Shown here piece after piece: positions 37,118-46,786 of a stretch of DNA of 64,000 nucleotides; the stretch's first letter is position 1, and the number at the start of each line of letters is the position of its first letter. The position numbers and the translations under genes are program-made. Location: the NCBI GenBank assembly GCA_016930415.1, contig JAFGGS010000022.1, positions 16,930-80,929 on the forward strand, in the 5' to 3' direction. A model generated the notes under the pieces. That model saw nothing but the letters and a program-made list of their open reading frames with translations. It did no database searches and was not told the DNA's origin. Origin of the DNA: Candidatus Woesearchaeota archaeon (GTDB taxonomy: Archaea > Nanobdellota > Nanobdellia > Woesearchaeales > SM23-78).

Positions 37118-38868
37118 TTGTTTATGTCCTTCCTGTAGGGGATAACGTTCCCTCTTATGTGGAGGTCTCCGCGGCCTTGGTCTGCCCAGGCTAGCACTAT
37201 CCCTTTCTTGTTCTTGAGCGTGAAGCTTCCTGGACTAGGGTCTATGTTGGCGTTCTCCTCGTAGAGCTTGCCTGTCATGTGTAGGTCTCCAGTCTCGCTG
37301 TCGAACCAGATGGTCGTCTTGACGTTGCCGTACTCATCTTCGTGGTTGATCGCGTAGTCGCCTCCGCGCGGGCTAAACGCGCTTCCCTCGATAACTTCTC
37401 CTCTTATCAATAGGTTCCCGATCGGGGTTATCCTCGCGGTCTGTTCCCGGTCGCTCGTCGTGATGAATATGGCTTGGTCTTGGAAGTATTCCTTGTTGTC
37501 CAGGCATTCGAGGGGTCTCTCGTTTGGGTTTGGCGCGCTGCATGGGTCTGTTAGCGCTTGCGTGTAGTTGCTCTGGGCTGGGGTTGGCTCTGTGTTTTGT
37601 GGCAAAGTCTGGTTTCCTTCTTCGGGAGCTTCCTCGCTTATGATTATCTGAAACTCGTTGCTCGTGATCATCGTGTCGCCGTCTGTCGCGTATACTCTTG
37701 CAGTCTCCTCTGTCTCCTCGGCTGAGTATATCTTCAGCTTGCTTCCGAGCGTAGATGAGGCTATGGTTTCAAGTCCGCTCACATCGTAGTGCAGCTGGCT
37801 GTCATCTGGGTCTGTGAAGTATCTGCTCATGTCGACTTCTTTCTCTTCACCTGGCCTCGCGTAGACGTCGCTTATCTCGAGCGCTTGCCTTGGCGGCTGG
37901 TTCTCCTTTGGTCTGGTCGCTTTGATCTCTGTGATCGTCACTTGCGTGCCGTCGCTCGGCTCTATCACGAGCACTGGCCTGTTTGTCTCGTTCATCTCGC
38001 AGGTCTCTGTGCATAGGTCTGTGAAGGATAATCCTGTGCTGTTGATGATGTGCCTGGCTGTCTCCTGCGGTTCTTCTTGGATTAGGTTGATTGTCTTCTC
38101 GGTCTCGTTCGTGGCGTTGATCACTTCGAACCTTACTTCCAGCCTGATTATGTCTTCTCCTGTAGCTATTATGCCTACGACTATGTATTCTCCTGCGCTG
38201 GTCGGGGCGTAGCTGCCCGTCTCGATCAGCGTGGCTTCTTCTCCTTGGTGGACGTAGACTGTCATGTTATCGTCTTCTTCTGGCGTCGTGGTTATCTGCA
38301 CTTCTTCTCCAAGGCTGTATGTCTTCTTGTCTGTTGTGAGGGTGTATTCTCGGGCTTGTTGTCCTGAACCAGTCACTTCTCCGACTAATAGTTCTCCTTC
38401 TGCAGTCTTGAGTGTGAACCTTGCTCCTTCTCCTGTGATCGAGCCGCTTATCTTAAGTCCCGTCACCTTATCCAGTTCGATAACTCTCTCTGTGAGCGCA
38501 GTGATGGTCTCTTGCGTGGCTAGTGTCTCTTCTGCTTGCTTGACTGCGAAGCCTGTTATGTCTGCGTCGTTCCCGAAGAGGCCTGCCGTGCCTGCGATTA
38601 TTATCATTGCAGCGAGCATTATTGCCGCTATGTTCATGGCGTGGATCCCATTCTCGCGCTTCGCTGACTTGCGTTGCTCTGCCATCTGGCGGTCTATGTG
38701 GCTTAGCAGTTCTTCCTTTGTCTTGCCGCACAGCTTCTCCTCTATGATTATCTTGTGTTCGAGCGTTTGTATCTCTCCTGTGGCCAGTCTTTCCTGCATC
38801 TCATTCGTGAACCTGACTACTTCGTCCCTGGTCTCTTGCAGTCTTTGGATCTGTTCGTCAGGTTTCAT
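37114..38868 (-). CDS. single-pass membrane protein: cytoplasmic N-terminal domain, one TM, Thr/Glu-rich extracytoplasmic domain (anti-sigma-like architecture)
   Basis: About 75-aa N-terminal soluble region, TM IAAIMLAAMIIIAGTAGLFG, about 480-aa extracellular part; 4-nt overlaps with genes on both sides. Confidence 0.45.
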   Translation of the reverse strand: MKPDEQIQRLQETRDEVVRFTNEMQERLATGEIQTLEHKIIIEEKLCGKTKEELLSHIDRQMAEQRKSAKRENGIHAMNIAAIMLAAMIIIAGTAGLFGNDADITGFAVKQAEETLATQETITALTERVIELDKVTGLKISGSITGEGARFTLKTAEGELLVGEVTGSGQQAREYTLTTDKKTYSLGEEVQITTTPEEDDNMTVYVHQGEEATLIETGSYAPTSAGEYIVVGIIATGEDIIRLEVRFEVINATNETEKTINLIQEEPQETARHIINSTGLSFTDLCTETCEMNETNRPVLVIEPSDGTQVTITEIKATRPKENQPPRQALEISDVYARPGEEKEVDMSRYFTDPDDSQLHYDVSGLETIASSTLGSKLKIYSAEETEETARVYATDGDTMITSNEFQIIISEEAPEEGNQTLPQNTEPTPAQSNYTQALTDPCSAPNPNERPLECLDNKEYFQDQAIFITTSDREQTARITPIGNLLIRGEVIEGSAFSPRGGDYAINHEDEYGNVKTTIWFDSETGDLHMTGKLYEENANIDPSPGSFTLKNKKGIVLAWADQGRGDLHIRGNVIPYRKDINK

Positions 38869-39047
38869 CTTATCCGTAGCCTCCTGGCTGTCTCTATTGT
38901 GTCTTCTGCTTCCTTGATCTTTCGTATAGCATTTTTTTCGAAGTGAGAAACAGCTGCCTGGCTTATCTTGAGTCTCTTGCTTACTTCGATCTGGGTGAGG
39001 CTTTGCTTTCTTAGTTCCAGTACCTTGATTTCTTTCTCAGTAAGCAT
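38865..39047 (-). CDS. small HTH DNA-binding protein, sigma-70 region-4/LuxR-GerE-like
   Basis: 60 aa; LTQIEVSKRLKISQAAVSHFEKNAIRKIK is a classical r4-type helix-turn-helix. Confidence 0.5.
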   Translation of the reverse strand: MLTEKEIKVLELRKQSLTQIEVSKRLKISQAAVSHFEKNAIRKIKEAEDTIETARRLRIR

Positions 39048-39251
39048 TGTATAATCTTTCTAAGTTATAAAACTTATCTTGATTTTATTTAAATATTTCG
39101 CTTTATCTTCAAACAATGAAATAATAACATAATTCTAATAAGTTATAAAATTTGATGTGATTATATATAAATGTTGTGGAAAAGAAAAATGAGAAAACAA
39201 GAACCTGCGAAAGCATGGCCAAGAAACATAATAAAGAAAGAAGCGTTAACT

Positions 39252-42200
39252 CTAGATTTTCAAACTGGTGACCTTGCTTATCTGGTTCTCATCCATTGAG
39301 ACGCCGTAGAGGCTGTCGGCCTCGCTGATCATGGAGTCGTTGTGGCTGATAACGACGTATTGGGCGCCCCTGCAATAGTTGCGAACAGCCCGTGCGAGCT
39401 TCTCAGAGTTGTTCTTGTCAAGGGCCGCGTCGACCTCGTCCATCACGTAGAAGCTGGCAGGCGCATACTCCTGGACAGCGAACAGGAACGCGAGCGCCGT
39501 GAGCGTCTTCTCGCCGCCAGATAACGACCTGATGTCCAAGAACTTGCTACCGACAAGCCTCACCTTCAAGGTCATGCCGCCCATGAACGGGTCCTCCTCG
39601 TTCTCAAGCTCAAAAGACGCATCGCCCTTAGTCGTCAGGCTTCCGAATATCTTCTTGAAGTTCTCGTTCAAGACGTTGTAAGTCCTGATGAAGAGGTCTT
39701 TCTTCTTGCCCTCTATCTCGTTGATCATTACAAGGACGTCTTCGCGCTCTTCTGCGAGCTTGTCCTTCTTCTTGATGAGACCGTTGTACTCAGCCTCTGC
39801 CCGTTCGTAGATCTCAAGAGCCTTCATGTTGACTGCTCCGATGTCACTCATCATCTTCTCGAACTGCTTGATCTCACGCTCGATGTCCTCCTCGCTCTTC
39901 TCATCGAACAACGGCACGCCCTCGTACTGCCTGAACTCCTCGTGCAGGCCTGCAAGCTCTGCCTTGACGCTCGCGTTCTCAAGCGCGACCACGTTGTTCT
40001 TCTGCTCGAGTTCCCTGATCTGGTTGTCCTTGACCATGCTTGAGCCCTCGAGCTTGGATATGTCATCCCCTAACTTGGTCCTCTTCTGGAAGAGCGACTT
40101 GAACTGGGCGTAGAAAGCGGCCTGCTTCTTCTCGCGATCCTTCAGGTCAGCTTCCTGGCTCTCGATTAAGCCCTCAATCTCCTTCCTCTCGTTAGCGAAG
40201 TCCTGCTTCTCCTTCTCGTTCTGTTTCAGTATCTTCTGGATCTTCTCACCCTCAGGGCCTAGTATCTTGCTCCTCTCATTCTCAATGCCCTTGAGATCAG
40301 CCTGGATGTGAATCAAGTCCTCCTTGAGCTCGCCCTTCTTCTGCTCGAATGAGTTGAGCTCAGCAAGAAGAGACGGGCTCCTAAGCCTCGTCAATTCATC
40401 CCTGATCTTCTGCTTGTCCATCTTCAGGCTTGCGAGGTCCTTGTTCTTGTCCACGAGATCTTTCCTAATGATCTCCAGCTGCTTCTCGACCTCTCTTAGC
40501 TCTCCGAAGATCGAGTCCTTCTCCTTCTTGTTAGCATCGATGTCTGCAGAGTCTATATGCAGGCTCTTCTCAAGCTTGATAACTTCAGCTTCTCCTTCAG
40601 CCCTCTCCTTGCGCAGCTCCTCTATCCTCATCTCGTTGTTGCGCTTCTTGACCTCGAGATTCGCGATAGTGCTCGCTATGTCATTTAGCTCAGACTCCAT
40701 CTTCTTGATCTTGTCATGGATCTCCTTGTCCTGGAAGCCGATGCCCTTCTTCCTCTGCCTGAAGCCTCCTTGCATGGCGCCGCTAGTCTCTACAAGGTCG
40801 CCTGTCAAGGTGACCATCCTCGTGGTCCCGATGCCGAGCTTCCTCGCAGTCTCGATGTCCTTGACTACGAGAGTGTTGCCGAAGACGTACTCGAACACCT
40901 TCCTGTACTTCTCTGAAAATGATATCAGGTCAAGCGCGAGGCCGTGGACCCCTTGCTTTTCCATCTTGCGAAGCCTTGAATCAATCTCCTTAGGCTTTAG
41001 CTTGTTTAAGGGCAGGAACGTAGCTGTTCCCAGCTTGTTGGTCTTGAGGTAGTTGATGCACTTCGCCGCTGATTCGTCGCTCTCAACTACGATGCTAGAA
41101 AGCCTGGGCCCAGCCGCGACTTCCAAAGCCAGCGCGAACTCTCCCTTCACGTCTCCAAGCTCAGACACGCTCCCGATTATTCCCTTGATAGTGCCCTTGT
41201 TCTTCATCTCAAGGATTCTGTTGAACGCCATGCCGCCTGCCAAGGACTCCTGGATCGAGGCTGACTTCGCCCTGAGAGTGCCTTCCTCCTCCTTCTTCGC
41301 GCTCATCCTGTCGCGGGCAGTGCCTAGCTGCTGCGAGAGGCTAGAATCATAGTCGAGAGCTCCCTCGAGCTCCTTGGACTTCTTGTCAACCTCTTTCTTC
41401 ATGCTCTTGAGCTTCTCAAGCGCGGCCTTGTTCTCCTTCTCGACAGACAAGACCTTCATGATCTTCTCATCGACTGACTGGCTCTTCAGTTCCAGGCGGT
41501 CCTTCTCCCTGAAGTAGTTCTGCTGCTGCTCCCTAAGCTTCTGGGTCTCTTCCTGCAGCGTCTCCGCCTTCTTGTCAATCTCAGAGACCTTCTCCTCCAT
41601 GCCTTGGGTCTCCTCAAGCTTGTTCTTCTTCCTGAACTCAAGGATCCTCTTGTCGAGCATCTCAAGATCCTTCTGCCTGCCCTTCAGCTGGCCCTCCAGC
41701 TCCTTCTTGTTCCGCTCGATAGTCTCGATCTTGTCAGTGAGCTCAGAATAGTTCTTGTCGAGTTCGCCCTTCCTATCATTGATCTTGGAGACCTCTTGGC
41801 CTATGGTTTCGATCCTCTGCTTGTTGAGAGCGATGTCGACTTTGAGCTTCTCGATCGCCTTGTGGAGGCTGACCTGTTCCTTCTCTCCTCGCTCCTCGAC
41901 TTCCTTGTTGATGTGCTCGATCTCCTTCTTCTTGGAATTGATGTCATCCCTGATCTTATCGATCTCCTTCCTGAAAGCGTCAATCCTGGATTGGTTCTCA
42001 GAGATCCTCTTCTCGTGTTCTTTTCGCTTGTCATCCCTCAACTTTATCTTGCGATGGATGCTCGTCGCCTTGTTCTGCTTTATCTTATCGCTGAGCTCCT
42101 TGAACTTCAGGGCCTGGTTCTTCTCCTTCTTGAGTTCCTTGAGGTAAGTTTCTCTCTCCGTGAGAATGATGCCTGCCTCGTTGAGCTTCTCCTCTACCCT

Positions 42201-42752
42201 AGTAATCTCCCGGATCGCCTTCTGTTTCTTATCCTCGTAGATGTTTATGCCTGCGATCTCCTCGATCATCCCTCTGCGCTCGAGAGGGCTCATCTCGATC
42301 AGCCTTGTTATGTCTCCCTGCAGTATTATGTTGTAGCCGTCGGGGTTTATCCTCGCCCTGCTCAGGAGGTCTAGTATCTGCTGCCTGGTCCTGGTCTTCT
42401 GGTTTATCTTGTAGACTGACTGGCCGCTAGGTTTGATTATCCTGGTGACCTCTAGTTCCTCGCCGTGATCCTCTCCGAACACCTTTGACTTGTTGTCGAA
42501 GAAGATGCTCACAAGCCCCTCCTTTGCAGGAGAGTTCTTCTTGCCCCCGTTATATATCAGGTTGGCGCTCTTCTCAGCCCTCATCTCCTTTACAGAACTC
42601 TTTCCCAGGACGAAGCAGAGCGCGTCCAGGACGTTGCTTTTTCCAGAGCCATTAGGGCCTAGGATGCAGTTGAAATTGTCTCCGAACAATAGCTCTGTCT
42701 TGTTAGCAAAAGACTTGAAACCCTTCAAGATAAGCTTTGTTATTCGCGTCAT
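39252..42752 (-). CDS. smc: chromosome segregation protein SMC
   Basis: 1166 aa, N-terminal Walker A GPNGSGKSN, long coiled coils, C-terminal LSGGEKTLTALAFLFA signature and Walker B. Confidence 0.9.
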   Translation of the reverse strand: MTRITKLILKGFKSFANKTELLFGDNFNCILGPNGSGKSNVLDALCFVLGKSSVKEMRAEKSANLIYNGGKKNSPAKEGLVSIFFDNKSKVFGEDHGEELEVTRIIKPSGQSVYKINQKTRTRQQILDLLSRARINPDGYNIILQGDITRLIEMSPLERRGMIEEIAGINIYEDKKQKAIREITRVEEKLNEAGIILTERETYLKELKKEKNQALKFKELSDKIKQNKATSIHRKIKLRDDKRKEHEKRISENQSRIDAFRKEIDKIRDDINSKKKEIEHINKEVEERGEKEQVSLHKAIEKLKVDIALNKQRIETIGQEVSKINDRKGELDKNYSELTDKIETIERNKKELEGQLKGRQKDLEMLDKRILEFRKKNKLEETQGMEEKVSEIDKKAETLQEETQKLREQQQNYFREKDRLELKSQSVDEKIMKVLSVEKENKAALEKLKSMKKEVDKKSKELEGALDYDSSLSQQLGTARDRMSAKKEEEGTLRAKSASIQESLAGGMAFNRILEMKNKGTIKGIIGSVSELGDVKGEFALALEVAAGPRLSSIVVESDESAAKCINYLKTNKLGTATFLPLNKLKPKEIDSRLRKMEKQGVHGLALDLISFSEKYRKVFEYVFGNTLVVKDIETARKLGIGTTRMVTLTGDLVETSGAMQGGFRQRKKGIGFQDKEIHDKIKKMESELNDIASTIANLEVKKRNNEMRIEELRKERAEGEAEVIKLEKSLHIDSADIDANKKEKDSIFGELREVEKQLEIIRKDLVDKNKDLASLKMDKQKIRDELTRLRSPSLLAELNSFEQKKGELKEDLIHIQADLKGIENERSKILGPEGEKIQKILKQNEKEKQDFANERKEIEGLIESQEADLKDREKKQAAFYAQFKSLFQKRTKLGDDISKLEGSSMVKDNQIRELEQKNNVVALENASVKAELAGLHEEFRQYEGVPLFDEKSEEDIEREIKQFEKMMSDIGAVNMKALEIYERAEAEYNGLIKKKDKLAEEREDVLVMINEIEGKKKDLFIRTYNVLNENFKKIFGSLTTKGDASFELENEEDPFMGGMTLKVRLVGSKFLDIRSLSGGEKTLTALAFLFAVQEYAPASFYVMDEVDAALDKNNSEKLARAVRNYCRGAQYVVISHNDSMISEADSLYGVSMDENQISKVTSLKI

Positions 42753-43216
42753 CTATAACTCACTTCACCAAAACAGCAAAAATCTTTTTTCTTTTTTTCG
42801 CGCATGAAAAACGCGTTCGAGGCGCATAATGCGTATATTAATATACGTAGAGCACTCGCTCTATGCAGTGACCTAATAAGACGAGAATATAAAAAGGTTT
42901 TGGTTTTGAAAAAAGCGTTTTCTCATCATAACATTTATATAATCTGGTTGCGTATCTTACCCTATGAAGGCTAATGATGATTTTGCAAGGCCGGGAATGG
43001 TTTCTGGAATGCTGAGCAGCACGGCTTCTATAATAATCGGGATTATCATCATAATTATCATGGCGTAATTTCGCCCTGATCGGTCTTCTATAAGTTCTAA
43101 AAAAAAAAGGGCGAAAAAGGTGATCTAGATTGGGTTATGAAACAAAGGGAACAGGAAATGAGACAAGAAGCGGCAAAGACGAGGGCAGTCATGCAGGAGA
43201 GACCGCTCTTGCGCGC

Positions 43217-44476
43217 ATGAAGTTGGTAAGTCCGCAGTCGATCATACTGGCTCATCATAAGATCCAAGGCGTCGCCTTGAGGACTCCCTTGAAGCGAAAC
43301 GAGGTCTTATCAGAGCGCTACGGCGCAAACATTTACTTGAAGCATGAGAACGAGCAGCCCATCCGCTCCTACAAGCTGAGAGGCGCTTTCAACCTCATAT
43401 CAGGACTCTCAGAAGAGGAGAAAAAGAGAGGGATAGTCGCGGCGAGCGCTGGCAACCACTCCCAGGCAGTCGCTTACACCTGCAACCATTTGAGGATCAA
43501 GGGCACCATCTTCATGCCTAAGACCACGCCGCTCCAGAAAGTGGCAAATACTGAGCGCTTCGGCAACGGAAACGTCAAAGTGATCTTAGAGGGAGACAAC
43601 TTCGACGCTGCCTACGCGGCTTCCAAGAGGTTTCTTGAGGAGAACGCAGGAGTGTACGTCCACCCCTTTAACGACCCTAGAGTGATCAGCGGCCAGGGAA
43701 GCGTCGCAAAAGAGATACTGGAAGACTTCACAACTGGCCCTGGAGCGAATGAGATAGATTACTTGCTCGTGCCGATAGGAGGGGGTGGCCTGATATCAGG
43801 AGTAGGCACTTATTTCAACAGCATGAGCCCGAAGACCAAGGTATTAGGAGTCGAGCCAAAGGAAGCCCCTGCAATGCACGACTCGCTTGCAGCAGACAGC
43901 CTTATCTCGCTTGATAAGTTCTCTAGCTTCGTGGATGGCGCAGCAGTGAAGCAGGTCGGAGTATTGACTTTCAGCATCGCAAGAGAGCTAGGCTACAAAG
44001 TCTTATTAGTGCCTGAGGGAAGGGTGTGCTCTGCAGTTATAGACCTCTACCGTCAAGGCATAGTAGCTGAGCCTGCTGGCGCCTTGTCAGTCGCAGCCCT
44101 TGAAGACTTGAAGGATGAGATCAATGGCAAGAACGTGGTCTGCATCCTAAGCGGCGGCAACAACGACTTTGACCGCTTGCCTGAGATGAGGGAGCGTTCG
44201 ATGATGCACGATGGGGTCAAGCATTACTTCATAGTCGAATTCCCGCAAAGGCCTGGCGCACTCCGGGAGTTCCTGGATAGCGCCCTCGGGCCGACTGATG
44301 ATATCTCGCGCTTCGAATACACCAAGAAGACGTCTGCAGAGACTGGGCCAGCACTGGTAGGCATAACCTTCCGCAAGCAGGAGGATTTCGAGCCTTTTGT
44401 GAAGCGCATGAAAGACGTCGGCTTCACCCACGTGCACCTGAACAACAATGAATTGTTCCTCAAATACTTCCTGTAA
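43217..44476 (+). CDS. ilvA: threonine ammonia-lyase (threonine dehydratase) with C-terminal ACT-like domain
   Basis: PLP-fold motifs YLKHENEQPIRSYKLRGA, ASAGNHSQAVAY; ATG 43217 aligns with the IlvA N-terminus; the ORF could begin at TTG 43130. Confidence 0.75.
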   Translation: MKLVSPQSIILAHHKIQGVALRTPLKRNEVLSERYGANIYLKHENEQPIRSYKLRGAFNLISGLSEEEKKRGIVAASAGNHSQAVAYTCNHLRIKGTIFMPKTTPLQKVANTERFGNGNVKVILEGDNFDAAYAASKRFLEENAGVYVHPFNDPRVISGQGSVAKEILEDFTTGPGANEIDYLLVPIGGGGLISGVGTYFNSMSPKTKVLGVEPKEAPAMHDSLAADSLISLDKFSSFVDGAAVKQVGVLTFSIARELGYKVLLVPEGRVCSAVIDLYRQGIVAEPAGALSVAALEDLKDEINGKNVVCILSGGNNDFDRLPEMRERSMMHDGVKHYFIVEFPQRPGALREFLDSALGPTDDISRFEYTKKTSAETGPALVGITFRKQEDFEPFVKRMKDVGFTHVHLNNNELFLKYFL

Positions 44477-44500
44477 TCATCATTTGGGAAAAATTAATAA

Positions 44501-45181
44501 ATGACAACCTCCAGAAACGTGCTTATGAGAAGATTACAACTCCTAGCATTCACCTTGGTAGTGCTCTCATTCGTAGTCGCGTTAGCATTCTATCCTACCA
44601 TGCCTGACTACCTGGCGAGCCATTGGAACGCGCAAGGGACTGTCAACGGCTACATGCCAAAGGCCTGTGGCCTCCTCCTATTGCCTGTGATGTCTCTAGT
44701 GATATTCCTACTTTTCCTCTTCTTCGCCAGGGCAGATCCGCTGAACAAGAACATCTCAAAGTTCATACACCACTACGATCTCATGCTCGCAGTGACTTCT
44801 GCGTTCATGCTCTACATGCTAGGTTTGATGATTGCCTGGAACCTAGGCTACAGGTTCGACTTCATAGTCATGTTCACCCCTGCTCTCAGCGTATTGTTCT
44901 ACTTCGCAGGAGTCGTGATCGAGAAGACCAAGAGGAACTATACAATCGGCATAAGGACTCCTTGGACACTGCAAAGCGACCACGTCTGGGACCAGACCCA
45001 CTCAGTCGGCGGCAGGCTCTTCAAGGTCGCGGCCGTGATAAGCCTGTTCGGAGTCTTCCTCCCAAAGATCGCCATCTGGCTGATCCTGATACCGATACTC
45101 TTCGTCGTCGTGTTCGTCGTCTTCTACTCCTACCACATCTACAAGAAGCTAGAGAAGAAGCACGTGCTGCACAAGAAGTAG
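44501..45181 (+). CDS. SdpI/YhfL-family membrane protein (DUF1648 plus SdpI)
   Basis: Multi-TM protein with HWNAQGTVNGYMPK DUF1648-like region. Confidence 0.55.
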   Translation: MTTSRNVLMRRLQLLAFTLVVLSFVVALAFYPTMPDYLASHWNAQGTVNGYMPKACGLLLLPVMSLVIFLLFLFFARADPLNKNISKFIHHYDLMLAVTSAFMLYMLGLMIAWNLGYRFDFIVMFTPALSVLFYFAGVVIEKTKRNYTIGIRTPWTLQSDHVWDQTHSVGGRLFKVAAVISLFGVFLPKIAIWLILIPILFVVVFVVFYSYHIYKKLEKKHVLHKK

Positions 45182-45193
45182 ATTATTAGATCT

Positions 45194-46348
45194 TTAAACC
45201 TGTTTTCTCACAAGCTCCACGACGCCTTCGTAGTGTTGTGTCTGGGGGAAGAGGTCGAACATAGCCACGCTTCTTGTCTCGTAGCCCTGGAAGAGGGGGA
45301 GTTCTTTTGAGAGCTGCCTGATGTTGCAAGAGATGTAGATTATCACTCTTGGCTTTCTATTGTTGAGGTCCCTAATCGTGTCTGGGTGCATGCCGCTCCT
45401 AGGAGGGTCTGTTACCACGTAGAGTTCCTCTTCATCTGGCAGGCTAAGCTCCTTTATCTTCTGGGCGTCAAGCAGGATCGTTTCCACGTTCGAAGACTTG
45501 TTCTTCTCGATGTTTTTCTTTGCAGAGTCGATGCACTCCTTGAAACTCTCGACAATCGTGACCCTTGAGAACAGGTCAAAGTTGATTATCCCGAAAGTGC
45601 CGACGCCGCCGTAGAGGTCGAGCAAGTGAGTGTTCCCTTGCCCCTTGCCTGCTTCAAGGCTCTTCTTCAAGAGGCTTTGCACGTACTTTTGCATCTCCCG
45701 CGCCATCTCGTGGTTGTTCTGGAAGAAACCTTGGACAGAATACTCGAAGGTCTTGCCCAGGTACTCTTCTTCAAGGCAGTCCTTGCCTTTCACGACCGAG
45801 TACTCGCTTGAGACGCTCATGTCAGTCTCAGGAGGCACGTAGGTCACTATGATGTCCTCGGCGCTCGTCTCCTTGCAGAACCTCTTAACCTCTTCGATGG
45901 CTGAATGCGTGACGTTGCTCTTGGAATTGATGACTAGGCTTACGGCGGAATCCTTGCTTGATGTCCTGATGACTGCGTAACGGAACGTGCCTGTCTTCTT
46001 GACTAAGTCGAAGACGTCCGCCTCCTTGAAGAAACTCCTGACCTCGCCAAGCAACTGATTAGTCTTTTCATCAGCAATCGGGCAGTACTTCACAGGCACG
46101 GCTCTTTTCCAGTTATCCTTCTCCCGAAGCCCAAGGCCTCCTTTGCAGAAGATGAAGTCCATCCTGCTCCGATAGCCGTACTCCTTGCCTGAGAATACTA
46201 GGACGTTCTCTTCCTTCACCCGCGCGCTCACAGCGAGCCGCCTCTTCTTTGCCAAGAGCTGATCCTTGTAAGGGATGCCTTGGCTCGTGCACCCGCCGCA
46301 CCTGCCAAACAGAGGACAAGCTGCTCCTTCAGGTTTCTCATCAGCCAT
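45194..46348 (-). CDS. RumA/TrmA-family (uracil-5)-RNA methyltransferase with Fe-S cluster
   Basis: CPLFGRCGGC cluster motif, DLYGGVGTFG SAM motif, VVTDPPRSG catalytic motif. Confidence 0.8.
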   Translation of the reverse strand: MADEKPEGAACPLFGRCGGCTSQGIPYKDQLLAKKRRLAVSARVKEENVLVFSGKEYGYRSRMDFIFCKGGLGLREKDNWKRAVPVKYCPIADEKTNQLLGEVRSFFKEADVFDLVKKTGTFRYAVIRTSSKDSAVSLVINSKSNVTHSAIEEVKRFCKETSAEDIIVTYVPPETDMSVSSEYSVVKGKDCLEEEYLGKTFEYSVQGFFQNNHEMAREMQKYVQSLLKKSLEAGKGQGNTHLLDLYGGVGTFGIINFDLFSRVTIVESFKECIDSAKKNIEKNKSSNVETILLDAQKIKELSLPDEEELYVVTDPPRSGMHPDTIRDLNNRKPRVIIYISCNIRQLSKELPLFQGYETRSVAMFDLFPQTQHYEGVVELVRKQV

Positions 46349-46786
46349 GATGTCTTGAAGAGAAGGACAATAGTATAAAAATACTTTCCTAAAAACATCT
46401 GTTGTCCTTGCCTGATCTCTACGGCTAAGACTACTTCTGCTTCGAGGACTTGTGTGCTACTATGAGCGCCACTATCCCGATGACGACGAACGCCCAGACG
46501 ATCCCTAGCAGTATCTCGAGCTGGTCCCTTGCGAATATGAGGAACAGCACTGTTATCGCGAGGAATATCCCCATGAGCGAGGCTGGGATAGCGATGAACG
46601 GGCTCTTGTCCCCTGGGCTACAATAGGCTTATAGGCTTCCATGTTCTCCTTGACTTTCTTTGGCATAAGCATTCACCTCCTGAATGATGAACTCAATCCT
46701 GGAAAGACCTGTTAATAAACTTTTTGGAAAGATCGGAAGAAAAATAATATCAAATAATTTCTAGGAAAAGCAGCTCTTTGCCATGC

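Noticed and set aside
41604-42374. 256-aa and other + ORFs inside smc
   Set aside because: Antisense to SMC coiled-coil region; Leu-rich artefacts of GAG/AAG-rich coding strand
46441-46581. 47-aa hydrophobic minus-strand micro-ORF
   Set aside because: Plausible small membrane protein but too short and unsupported; left unannotated
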